The position numbers and the translations under genes are program-made. DNA of 64,000 bases from the human T2T-CHM13v2.0 reference genome, Homo sapiens. Under the pieces are notes generated by a model, which was not told the origin of the DNA, did no database searches, and saw only the letters and a program-made list of their open reading frames with translations. How positions within the stretch are numbered: the stretch's first letter is position 1; each line of letters begins with the position of its first letter. Location of the stretch: assembly GCF_009914755.1 (NCBI RefSeq), contig NC_060931.1; one strand, given 5' to 3'. Positions 26,548 through 37,872 of this stretch are shown here, piece by piece.

Positions 26548-26736
26548 GTCGGGGTTTCATGCGGAGGTGAGGCGGGTGCCCTGGAATCTGGGGTCCCGGT
26601 GGCTGTCGGGGTTTCATGCGGAGGTGAGGCGGGTGCCCTGGAATCTGGGGTCCCGGTGGCTGTCGGGGTTATGGTCGGGGTTTCATGCGGAGGTGAGGCG
26701 GGTGCCCTGGAATCTGGGGTCCCGGTGGCTGTCGGG
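26548..26736. repeat. 57-bp minisatellite, about 3 copies
   Basis: gtcggggtttcatgcggaggtgaggcgggtgccctggaatctggggtcccggtggct. Confidence 0.92.
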
Positions 26737-27241
26737 CTCATCTGGATGCGTGGCCAGAGGGCAGAAGACTCCAGGAGCATTTCAGAGCCTCTTCCAGGAG
26801 TGGGACATGGACAGAAAGCGTGTCATCACCACGTCTCTGAACTTCCTGGACTGTTCTAGGAAAAGGGGCATCCAGAAGCCAGGGACAGCCCGCAGGTGGC
26901 CTGTGAGGCAGATTGGCTTGGCCTGGATGTCAAAGCTGTGAGGATCCCAGAACAGGCTGCCTCGGGGCTGGGAATAGAACTGCTTGTTCTGTGAACAGCC
27001 AGCGTCATTGGAAAGCCCCAGGTATGAAATGCAGGGATCAGGAACTGTGCTAGAATCAGATTGGCCTCGAGGCAGGGCCTGGTCCCTTTTCAGTGCAGCA
27101 GGTCTTGGAGCCACCTGGATTCCACGTGCATGAACTGCTCAGAGGAGTAGGCAGGGGAAGGAGAGAGGGACAAAGGCCGAATCATCGGCAGATAGAAAAG
27201 CTCACATTTTAGCATCACACAACGTTGTCACTGTACCTCAG

Positions 27242-30000
27242 GTGATAATAGTGCAGTATGCGTTCACAGCAACAGTGGTGGAGATAATGGTGATGACGGT
27301 GATGACGGTGCTGATGGTGATTGTGATGATAGTGATGGTGATGATGGAGATAATGGTGATGGTGATGATGATAACGATGGTAAAAATGATGACGGTTACG
27401 TTGGTGGTGATGACCATGGTAGGAGTGGTGGTGATAGTGGTGATGATGATGGAGGTAATGGTGATGGTGATGATGATGGTAGCAATGATGGTAATGATGG
27501 TGGAGGTGATACTGATGGTGATAGTGATGATAGCCATGGGAGAGCTAATGGTGATAATGATGATAATGGTGATGAAGGATGGTAATGATGGTAGATGATG
27601 ATAATGATGATGATGGTGATGGTGATGATGATGTTGATAAGGATGATAATGATGGTGGAGGTGATGATCATGGTAGAGGTAATAGTGATAGTGATGATGA
27701 TGGTGGTGGAGGTGATGATGATAAGGATGATAATGATGGTGGAGGTGATGATCATGGTAAAGGTAATAGTGATAGTGATGATGATGGTGATGATGATGAT
27801 AAGGATAATGATGGTGGAGGTGATGATCATGGTAGAGGTAATAGTGATAGTGATGATGATGGTGGTGGAGGTGATGATGATAAGGATGATAATGATGGTG
27901 GAGGTGATGATCATGGTAAAGGTAATAGTGATAGTGATGATGATGGTGATGGTGATGATGATAAGGATGATAATGATGGTGGAGGTGATGATCATGGTAG
28001 AGGTAATAGTGATAGAGTTGATGATGGTGGTGATTATGTTGTTGATAAGGATGATAATGATGGTGGAGGTGATGATCATGGTAGAGGTAATAGTGATAGT
28101 GATGATGATGATGATAAGGATGATAATGATGGTGGAGGTGATGATCATGGTAGAGGTAATAGTGATAGTGATGATGATGGTGATGATGATGATAAGGATG
28201 ATAATGATGGTGGAGGTGATGATCATGGTAGAGGTAATAGTGATAGTGATGATGATGGTGGTGGAGGTGATGATGATAAGGATGATAATGATGGTGGAGG
28301 TGATGATCATGGTAAAGGTAATAGTGATAGTGATGATGATGGTGATGATGATGATGATAAGGATGATAATGATGGTGGAGGTGATGATCATGGTAGAGGT
28401 AATAGTGATAGTGATGATGATGGTGATGGTGATGATGATGTTGATAAGGATGATAATGATGGTGGAGGTGATGATCATGGTAGAGGTAATAGTGATAGTG
28501 ATGATGATGGTGATGGTGATGATGATGATGATAAGGATGATAATGATGGTGGAGGTGATGATCATGGTAGAGGTAATAGTGATAGTGATGATGATGGTGA
28601 TGGTGATGATGATGATGATAAGGATGATAATGATGGTGGAGGTGATGATCATGGTAAAGGTAATAGTGATAGTGATGATGATGGTGATGGTGATGATGAT
28701 GATGATAAGGATGATAATGATGGTGGAGATGATGATCATGGTAAAGGTAATAGTGATAGTGATGATGATGGTGGTGGAGGTGATGATGATGATGATAAGG
28801 ATGATAATGATGGTGGAGGTGATGATCATGGTAAAGGTAATAGTGATAGTGATGATGATGGTGGTGGAGGTGATGATGATGATGATAAGGATGACAATGA
28901 TGGTGGAGGTGATGATCATGGTAAAGGTAATAGTGATAGTGATGATGGTGGAGGTGATGATGATGATGATGATAAGGATGATAATGATGGTGGAGGTGAT
29001 GATCATGGTAGAGGTAATAGTGATAGTGTTGATGATGGTGATGGTGATGATGATGTTGATAAGGATGATAATGATGGTGGAGGTGATGATCATGGTAGAG
29101 GTAATAGTGATAGTGATGATGATGGTGGTGGAGGAGATGATAAGGATGATAATGATGGTGGAGGTGATGATCATGGTAGAGGTAATAGTGATAGTGATGA
29201 TGATGGTGGTGGAGGTGATGATGATAAGGATGATAATGATGGTGGAGGTGATGATCATGGTAAAGGTAATAGTGATAGGGATGATGATGGTGATGATGAT
29301 AAGGATGATAATGATGGTGGAGGTGATGATCATGGTAAAGGTAATAGTGATAGTGATGATGATGGTGGTGGAGGTGATGATGATGATGATAAGGATGATA
29401 ATGATGGTGGAGGATCTGATGATCATGGTAGAGGTAATAGTGATAGTGATGATGATGGTGGTGGAGGTGATGATGATAAGGATGATAATGATGGTGGAGG
29501 TGATGATCATGGTAGAGGTAATAGTGATAGAGTTGATGATGGTGGTGATTATGTTGTTGATAAGGATGATAATGATGGTGGAGGTGATGATCATGGTAGA
29601 GGTAATAGTGATAGTGATGATGATGATGATAAGGATGATAATGATGGTGGAGGTGATGATCATGGTAGAGGTAATAGTGATAGTGATGATGATGATGATG
29701 ATAAGGATGATAATGATGGTGGAGGTGATGATCGTGGTAGAGGTAATAGTGATAGTGATGATGATGATGGTGATGATGATGTTGATAAGGATGATAATGA
29801 TGGTGGAGGTGATGATCATGGTAGAGGTAATAGTGATAATGATGATGATGATGGTGACAGTGATGATGATGATAAGGATGATAATGATGGTGGAGGTGAT
29901 GACCATGGTGGTGATGATGATGATAGAGGTGATGGTGGAGGTGATGATGATGTGGAGGTGATGGTGGTGATGGTGATGGTGGTAGAGGTGACATTGATAG
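27242..30000. repeat. (GAT/GGT)-based triplet repeat with about 28 higher-order units of 69-90 bp
   Basis: Core ataaggatgataatgatggtggaggtgatgatcatggtagaggtaatagtgatagt plus a variable (gat/ggt)n spacer; degenerate flanks. Confidence 0.97.
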
Positions 30001-30989
30001 AAATGGAAGGAATGAGGTGGCAAGAGCTCAAGGCTGCAGATAGATCTAGACTTCTCTGGACAATTCTTTGACTGAGTCCTCATTCATTCATTTGTTTATG
30101 AAACACCTGTTCGGAAGCAAGCCCTTGGCCAGGCATGTGATCCAGAAAACTGAACACTCTTGCCCTGGGGCCCTCTCCCCTTGAGTCCAGCAAACAATGC
30201 CACCGATTGTGGCCCGGGCCAAGCACTCCTTAGGGAAGAGCCACATTCTGCCTCAGGCTCCAGGAAAGCCCCACAGAGGGGCTGAGACAGACCATGGCAG
30301 GGCTGGCAGGGGGCACATGTGAAGGCAGCGGGCGGAGGGCTGCGGGCTTGAGTCTGGCTTCCTGAGCACGTCCTCCCTGAGCAGGGGGTGGGGCTGAGGT
30401 AGAGGAGGGGCAGGTGCTGGAGAGCTGACTCATATTCTAGAGGGAACTGGTGAGGTTTCTGCACTGATTGGAGAGCCCCAAGTGGGGCCGGGGCTTACGG
30501 GCTGGGGTGAGCTTCGGGGTGAATTGTCCTAAAGGGGTGGTTTGTTGGAAGCTGCTTTCTTCCTTGCCCCTGGGGCTGCTCCCTCCCTGCTTCCTCCTGC
30601 TGGGGTCACCTGGGTCTGGCCCCTTCCCTGGGGCTTTCAGCCCAGCTGTGGCAGGAAGTGGCCCGAGGGCCTCGGGAGCGGAGCCCAGAGTAGAATTCAC
30701 TGCCTGCTGCCCTCTGCCCGGGAGCAGAACACAGGGTCAGATGGGAGCCGCCAGATGGGATGTGCTTTAATGACCGGATTTGTGCAGGTGACTCAAGTCA
30801 GCAAGTCGTTCGTCTTCTGCGTGAGCTTTGAGTCTCTTTGCAGGGAGGAAATCAGACTCCGCCTTTTCAGGGCCACTAAATGCGCTTTCCCAGCCAGCCC
30901 CGCTGCAAGGCTGTGCCAGGGAAAGATCGATGGAGCCGGGTCTTAGTCCCCTTCTCACCAAGAGGCCTCCGACAGCACTGTTCTGTGGG

Positions 30990-31392
30990 GGTTGTGTGTG
31001 TGTGTGTGTGTGTGTGCACTCCTGCGAGTGTGCATATATGTCCATGCACACGTGTGCATCTGTGAGTGTGCGAGTGTATGGATGCACATGTGCATGAATG
31101 TGTGTACGCACATGTATCTGTGCACATATGTGTGTGCACACGTGTTAATGTGCATCCACTGTGAGCGCCCGTGTGTGTGTTTCTGAGTGTGCAGGTGGGT
31201 GTGTGTGCATGAGCGAGTGTGTGTGCATGTGCACACGTGTGAATGTGCATCTGTGTGTGTGCCCGTGTGTACGTTTGTGAGCGTGCAGGTGTGTGTGTGT
31301 GCATGAGTGGGTATGTGTGTGTGCATGAGTGTTCATGTGTGCATGTGCACACGTGTTAATGTGCATCTGTGTGTGTGCGTGCGTATGCATAC
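30990..31392. repeat. (TG)n microsatellite plus degenerate TG/TGCA tract
   Basis: Seen directly in the sequence. Confidence 0.88.
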
Positions 31393-32067
31393 TGTAGTGG
31401 GTGGTTAGAACTAAACCACTCAGCATCCAGGCCCAGCCCCATGCCAACGCTCAGTGGACATTGCCTGGGCCAGCCCCTCCCTGGGCCTCAGTGTCCCCAG
31501 AGGCCCCCTGCGCTCTGGCAGGCCTGGAGAGCTCTGCGGGGACATCCCATTGTACTTCGCCTGCTACTGAGACGTCCACATCACCACACGGTGAGCTCCT
31601 GCAGTGTACCAGGCCCTGTGTGTGCCCGTCCCGCAACAGCTCTGGGAGGCAGCTGCTCTTTTTCTCCCTCTGGGGTTTGGAACCTGGGCTGGCGAGGGTC
31701 AGTGGCAGCAGCAAGATGAACACCCAGACCTGGAGATGTGCTGTCTGTGGGTCCGGGGACGCGGATCTGACAAATGCCCTTCTGCAGGCCTTGTGTGTAC
31801 AGGGCAAGGGGCGTCCGCAGGACGGAACGATTCCAGAGGGTCTTCCTGGAGGCGGTGGCCAGGACAGTCCTGACTGAGAAAGCAGAAGGAGGAGGGTGGG
31901 AAGGGAGGGCAGGCTGGGCTGCAGGCTGGGGAGACAGCACTGTTCGGTGCACTGGGGGCAGGGCCAGTGAGCTGGGGGAGGGGGTGGACTCGGCCCCCTC
32001 CATCCTGGCCAGGGAGCGGGATGGACAGTGGGCAGACACCAGAGGCCTCAGAAGGCCCCATTCTCAG

Positions 32068-32250
32068 AGCTGCACTGCACACCACTAGCCAGGTGTGCCC
32101 ATTAGATTTAAGATAAAATCAGACTTAAAACTCAGTTTCTGGAGGCTCTGGTCACATTTCGAGTGTCCCACAGCCATGTGTGGCCACTGGCTGCCGAGTT
32201 GGACAGCGCAGAAGGTCACGTCCATCACAGAGGAAGCACCGATGGACAGG
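32068..32250 (-). mobile_element. MER3/MER33-like hAT-Charlie fossil
   Basis: ccactagcca...aaactcagtttc...cacatttcgagtg...agccatgtgtggccactggctgcc..ttggacagcgcag matches the recalled MER3 antisense. Confidence 0.6.
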
Positions 32251-32381
32251 CCAGGCTGGGGGTGAGGTGACTCCAGGTGCCCACACCAAGGGGCAGGCTC
32301 AGAGGGACGTGGAGTGGCTGTGTGTCCAGGGGACCTGGCCAGGGCGAGAACAGCTGCCCCCCAAGACAGTACCTACAAGAA

Positions 32382-33212
32382 ACCTGTGCCACCCGGGATA
32401 CCTGTGCCACCCGGGATACCTGTGCCACCCGGGAGACCTGTGCCACCAGGAGACCTGTGCTAACCAGGAGACCTGTGCCACCCAGGAGACCTGTGCCACC
32501 CGGGAGACCTGTGCCACCCAAGAGACCTGTGCCACCCGGGAGACCTGTGCCACCCAAGAGACCTGTGCCACCCGGGAGACCTGTGCCACCCAAGAGACCT
32601 GTGCCACCCGGGAGACCTGTGCCACCCAAGAGACCTGTGCCACCCGGGAGACCTGTGCCACCCAAGAGACCTGTGCCACCCGGGAGACCTGTGCCACCCG
32701 GGAGACCTGTGCCACCCAAGAGACCTGTGCCACCCGGGAGACCTGTGCCACCCGGGAGACCTGTGCCACCCAAGAGACCTGTGCCACCCGGGAGACCTGT
32801 GCCACCAGGAGACCTGTGCTAACCAGGAGACCTGTGCCACCCGGGAGACCTGTGCCACCCAAGAGACCTGTGCCACCCGGGAGACCTGTGCCACCCAAGA
32901 GACCTGTGCCACCCGGGAGACCTGTGCCACCCAAGAGACCTGTGCCACCCGGGAGACCTGTGCCACCCGGGAGACCTGTGCCACCCAAGAGACCTGTGCC
33001 ACCCGGGAGACCTGTGCCACCCGGGAGACCTGTGCCACCCAAGAGACCTGTGCCACCCGGGAGACCTGTGCCACCCGGGAGACCTGTGCCACCCAAGAGA
33101 CCTGTGCCACCCGGGAGACCTGTGCCACCCGGGAGACCTGTGCCACCCAAGAGACCTGTGCCACCCGGGAGACCTGTGCCACCCGGGAGACCTGTGCCAC
33201 CCAGGAGACCTG
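32382..33212. repeat. 18-bp minisatellite, about 46 copies
   Basis: gagacctgtgccacc(cgg/caa) reiterated. Confidence 0.97.
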
Positions 33213-33355
33213 GGCGCCGCCTCTGCAGTGGATGTCCCAGGAGCTCAGTTTCCTAGCGGCTTTATCAGGCACCCAGTGGTGCAGGCCTTTGCTCCAGGGG
33301 CCTACAGTGAATTCTGACTGCCCAACTGATAAGTAGCTGAGGATTTTCTAAAGAA

Positions 33356-33610
33356 AATAATAATAATAATAATAATAATAATAATTATTATTATTATTAT
33401 TATTTGGAGACAGGGTCTCACTGTGTCATCCAGGCTGGATTGCAGTGGTCACTGCAGCCTTGGCCTCCTGGGCTCAGGTGATCCTCCCATCTCAGCCTCC
33501 CGCGTAGCTGGGATCACAGGTGTGTGCCACCACGCCCAGCTGATTTTTTTATTTTTCGTAGACCTGGGGTCTCACTATGTTGCCCAGGCTGGTCTTGAAC
33601 TCCTGGACTC
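33356..33610 (-). mobile_element. Alu (J-type, partial), antisense, with (AAT)n(TTA)n tail
   Basis: gagacagggtctcactgtgtc...ggtcttgaactcctggactca. Confidence 0.9.
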
Positions 33611-34806
33611 ATGCTGGGCCGTTCTGGGGAGTCACTGTGCAGACGTAAGGCTCGAAGTTTACAGAAAAGAAATCTTGCCTCCATCTGGAGTTCCCTTTTT
33701 CCAGCTGAAAGTTACTAAAATCTAGTAGAACTAGTGTTCTGTGGAATGAGTTTTGCTCAAAGCCAATCCTTCCAAGTTGAAAACAACGAAGGCTTTTTAA
33801 CCTCAAAAATATCCAACACTCCAGAATTTACCACCCCTGGAACTGCGGGCTGACTGCAGCGGACCATTTGGTTTGACCTTTAGTGTTTTAGAAAAATGAA
33901 ATCCATTTGCCAGCGCTTAAAACCCGGGAGATTCCACAAGGTCTAGATTCTTTCTCTTGAACCTCAGGATCCCGGCCAGTCTGGGCCTCGGCTCTGCAGG
34001 GCGACCCTGGCGGGCAGCATGTTCAGTTTGCCGCCATACCTGCCACTGCCCTGCCCTGCACCCCAACCCTCCTTTGCTGCTGGTTTCAGAAGTGCACAGA
34101 GATAGCAATGGCCACAGACCCAGTGGGGTTATGAAGCAAATGTGACCTTCAGGCGCCAGCCCACCATCCGCATTTTATTTTTAAGTAGCTCCTGGAATCC
34201 TCATCTGGCCTTGCGCCTACCCAGGGCCCTGTCAAGGCGAATATTATGTGGGATCGTGGAAAGTGGTCTGTTCTCAGAGTTTCTAGCAGCAGAGACTAGT
34301 TCTTAAAAAGGCCGTGGGTGGTACACATCTTTAACCCCCCATAAGAAACGTTCCGGGAACACGGAGAATTGTGGCCACAGCTTTCTGAGAACAGCGTGGG
34401 AGGACGGGAGCCACGGGCTGGTGTGTAATTGACGGCCTGTGACCCAGACGTGGTCCCCCCGAAGGGACGTGGACATGACATACAGGACCTGTGCCCCACC
34501 CCGCTGTTCGTGTGGCGATGATGTCGGCCCGTGGCAGGGCCAGGATGCTCCCAGGAGTTGGGCGGACCTCCGCTGCGTATATGGAAGGAAGGACCCGGCC
34601 GGGGAAGCCGAGGGCTGGGAAAGTGACCGGGGCGGCGTCTGTAGTCTGCATTGCTGGAGTGTTGGAGCCCAGACGGAACACAGTCTGCCCTGAGTGGGAG
34701 GTGTGGGCTGCAGGGCGTGCGAGCTGGGGATTCCCGCCAGCTCTGGTTTCCAGCACCTGGAAAGGTCACCAGAGTTTGAATCTGGTAAATTCTTCCTGGA
34801 TTGGGG

Positions 34807-35030
34807 GCTGAGTTCCCTCCCTGGGCCTGGCATGGGAGGACATCCTGGGACGGGCTCTCCTTCCAGTGGAGGCAGGGGCCAGCCTTGGTGGAGGAAGCCT
34901 GGGTTGGAGGCTGAGTTCCCTCCCTGGGCCTGGCCTGGGTGGACGCCCTGGGACAGGCTCTCCCTCCAGTGGAGGCAGGGGCCGGCCTTGGTGGGGGAAG
35001 CATGGCAGGGGCCGGCCTTGGTGGAGGAAG
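34807..35030. repeat. Approximately 103-bp imperfect tandem duplication
   Basis: gctgagttccctccctgggcctggc at 34807 and 34910. Confidence 0.75.
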
Positions 35031-35560
35031 CATGCTTACACGCTTACACGCTTACGCGCTTACACACTTATGCTCAGACACGACCTTGACAATTCCTCCA
35101 CGTTTCCACCATGACCACATCGGTCAAACACTTGCGTGGACCGGCACCTCACAGGGCCCTGCGGCTAGGCTCCCCTTCCCCTGGAGTATTGGCCTGAGAT
35201 ACAGGAGCCCTATGGTGTTTACAGAATGGCACTGACCTTTCATAAACAGCCCCACCTGTGGCCTCCTGTCCCTTGGCCAGGGTGGAGGGACAGGGCGGTG
35301 CCCACATTGCCCTTCTTGGGCTCTTACTGTGGGAGGCGTCCACGGCAGAGCCAAGGGGTCCTGGAGGCCGTGGGGGAGACTCGGAAACCAGAGGGTGGGC
35401 GGTGCCAGGGTGCACACAGCAAACCGGGGCTGAGCCAGGCCTGGGACACCGAGCCCAGCCTCTCCCCTGCGGTGTGACTGTGGGTCCCAGGGTGGACGTG
35501 CCGGGGCCCCCAGCCAGTGCAGGAGAGGCCTTTGAGCAGCTTACCTGAGAAGGGCCCATG

Positions 35561-35950
<390 letters not shown>

Positions 35951-36038
35951 TGAGCCCTTCCTTCCTCCCTCCATCCGCGCTCCCGTGCGCTCAGACCCAC
36001 CGGTGAGTGAGGCCGTCCTGCACTGGACACAGCAGGAC

Positions 36039-36216
36039 GTCATCGTCACCTTCGTCACCATCAGGCAGCGCCGGTGCCTGCTCTCCCCCCACCCCGAGTG
36101 CTGCCCTGAGCAGGGTCCTGTATGTCATCGTCACCTTTGTCACCATCAGGCAGCGCCGGTGCCTGCTCTCCCCCCACCCCGAGTGCTGCCCTGAGCAGGG
36201 CCCTCTGTGTCATCGT
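36039..36216. repeat. 85-bp tandem duplication downstream of exon 4
   Basis: gtcatcgt at 36039, 36124 and 36209. Confidence 0.88.
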
Positions 36217-36909
36217 AGCCCACACAACACGCGGTAGGGAGAGCCTTTCATATCCCCCTTTACAGATGAGAAACTGAGGCTCTGTGAGCGGCGATTTGCC
36301 CAGGTTCCCACGCTCCTAATCATCCCTCTGTCACCGAGGGAGAGGGCGCCTGCCCTCAGGGCACCTTAATCCAGATGGGCCCCTCCTGCACCCCCACAGT
36401 TCAGGCAGATGGGAGGCACAGAAGCTGCTGTGCGGTCGGTAATAGAGGAAAAGGAAAGAGGGAAGGAGGCAGGGAGGGAAGGGGGAGTATTAAGTGCTGC
36501 GAATCTTAACACAGAGACTCACAGAGCACAGGCTTCTCTGGGAGACCAAAGCAGGCTTCCTAAGGAGGGGGAAGCGATGTTTGTGATGAGGGGGCCTGGG
36601 AGGCCCCACGGTCGCCTGTCTCCAGAGGGGCCGCCCCAGCCCAGCAGAAAGTGAACCCCTTGTGAGGGTCAGCTTGGCCCTGCTGCTGGGAAAGTGGGGG
36701 GTCCGTGTTCAGTGCCCTCCAAGGGCAGTAAACGGGCCTGGCCCAGGTCCAGAGGGGCCCCGTGGATTGAAGGACCTTGCCCTGGTGCAGTGGAGGGAGG
36801 AGGCGCCACCCTCAGCCCCCAGAGCCTCCCTGCCTGCCCTGCACGGCCCTGACACGTCCCAGCCTGGGGTGCGGCCCCAGGGCCGGCAGCATTGGGGTTG
36901 CCCTGGGCT

Positions 36910-37005
36910 AGTTGGAATGCAGAGTCCTGGGCTCCACCCAGACCTGGGACAGAATCTGCATTTTAACAAGATCCCTAGTGACGCGGGCGTACATTGGAGT
37001 TTAAA
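36910..37005. mobile_element. MER5-like DNA transposon fragment
   Basis: aatgcagagtcctgggctccacccagacc...agaatctgcattttaacaagatccc. Confidence 0.6.
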
Positions 37006-37613
37006 GGGCTTTTTTAAAGATCAAAGTCTTCTGTGGTGACTATAGAAATCGCCAGAAGCCAGATTTTCCACCATTTCAGCTATCTAGAACAGCCTGAACC
37101 CAAAAAGGGCTTTTTATGAAAAGAAAGACGGGGAGGGTCATTAGGAAACAGCCCCCCTCGGGTCCACCTGTTTATAAAACAGGACACAGAGCCCAGCACC
37201 CAGGCGAGCCGTCTGACAGGTGGAGGGGGAGGGTGCTCCACGCAGAGGCGTGGTCGGGCCTTGGGTCCCGGGTCGGCCCTGGCAGACGGCCCACGTCCCT
37301 CCACACCTGGTCACCTCGCCTCACAGGACAATCACCACGTCCTCCGTCAGCAAGAAAAGCTCTCGCCCTGCATTCTCCATTTAATTAAGCGAGTGGGAGC
37401 CTGTGGTGTGGTTCAGAAGGAGTTCCATTAAAAGTGGCTCCTTTAATTTAATTTTGTTTTAAATTTAGCCCTGGAATGAGGGCAGGCTTTAGCTATGCAG
37501 GCAGTTGGTGCTGTGTGCCCATCAGTGAGGCATCGCCAGCCCCAGTCCCTCAGGGGCCTCTCCCACCCCCATCACCGTGGGGCCAGGCAGAGCCACCGGA
37601 CCTAGGGCTGGGT

Positions 37614-37750
37614 TTATTCGGAGGCAGGGACACAGAGGCCCGCTGAGCCGCACAGAGCACAGACCCTCCCCTGCCCCGTTCTTATTTGGAGGCAGGGACA
37701 CAGAGGCCCGCTGAGCCGCACAGAGCACAGACCATTCCCCGCCCGTTTCT
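37614..37750. repeat. 68-bp tandem duplication abutting the exon 5 acceptor
   Basis: gaggcagggacacagaggcccgctgagccgcacagagcacagacc at 37621 and 37689. Confidence 0.9.
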
Positions 37751-37756
37751 TGCCAG

Positions 37757-37872
37757 GATCCTGGACTTCCGCCGGGTCCCTCCCGTGGCCGGCAGGATGG
37801 TCAACATGACCAAGGAGATCCGGGACGTCACACGGGACAAGAAGCTCTGGAGGACCTTCTTCATCTCTCCAG
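37757..37872 (+). CDS. FAM20C: FAM20C coding exon 5 (116 bp): [38 protein letters not shown]
   Basis: Acceptor tttcttgccag|G. The first donor CCAG|gtagcc gives the known FFISP-ANN junction with exon 6. Confidence 0.96.

Noticed and set aside
27238-29994. 918-aa histidine-rich protein gene
   Set aside because: It is the CAT reading of the antisense GAT repeat; no promoter or splice evidence. Kept only as part of the multi-frame finding.
32180-33272. ETCATR / RPVPPG repeat proteins
   Set aside because: The 18-bp unit is a multiple of 3 and lacks stops; there is no evidence of an exon.
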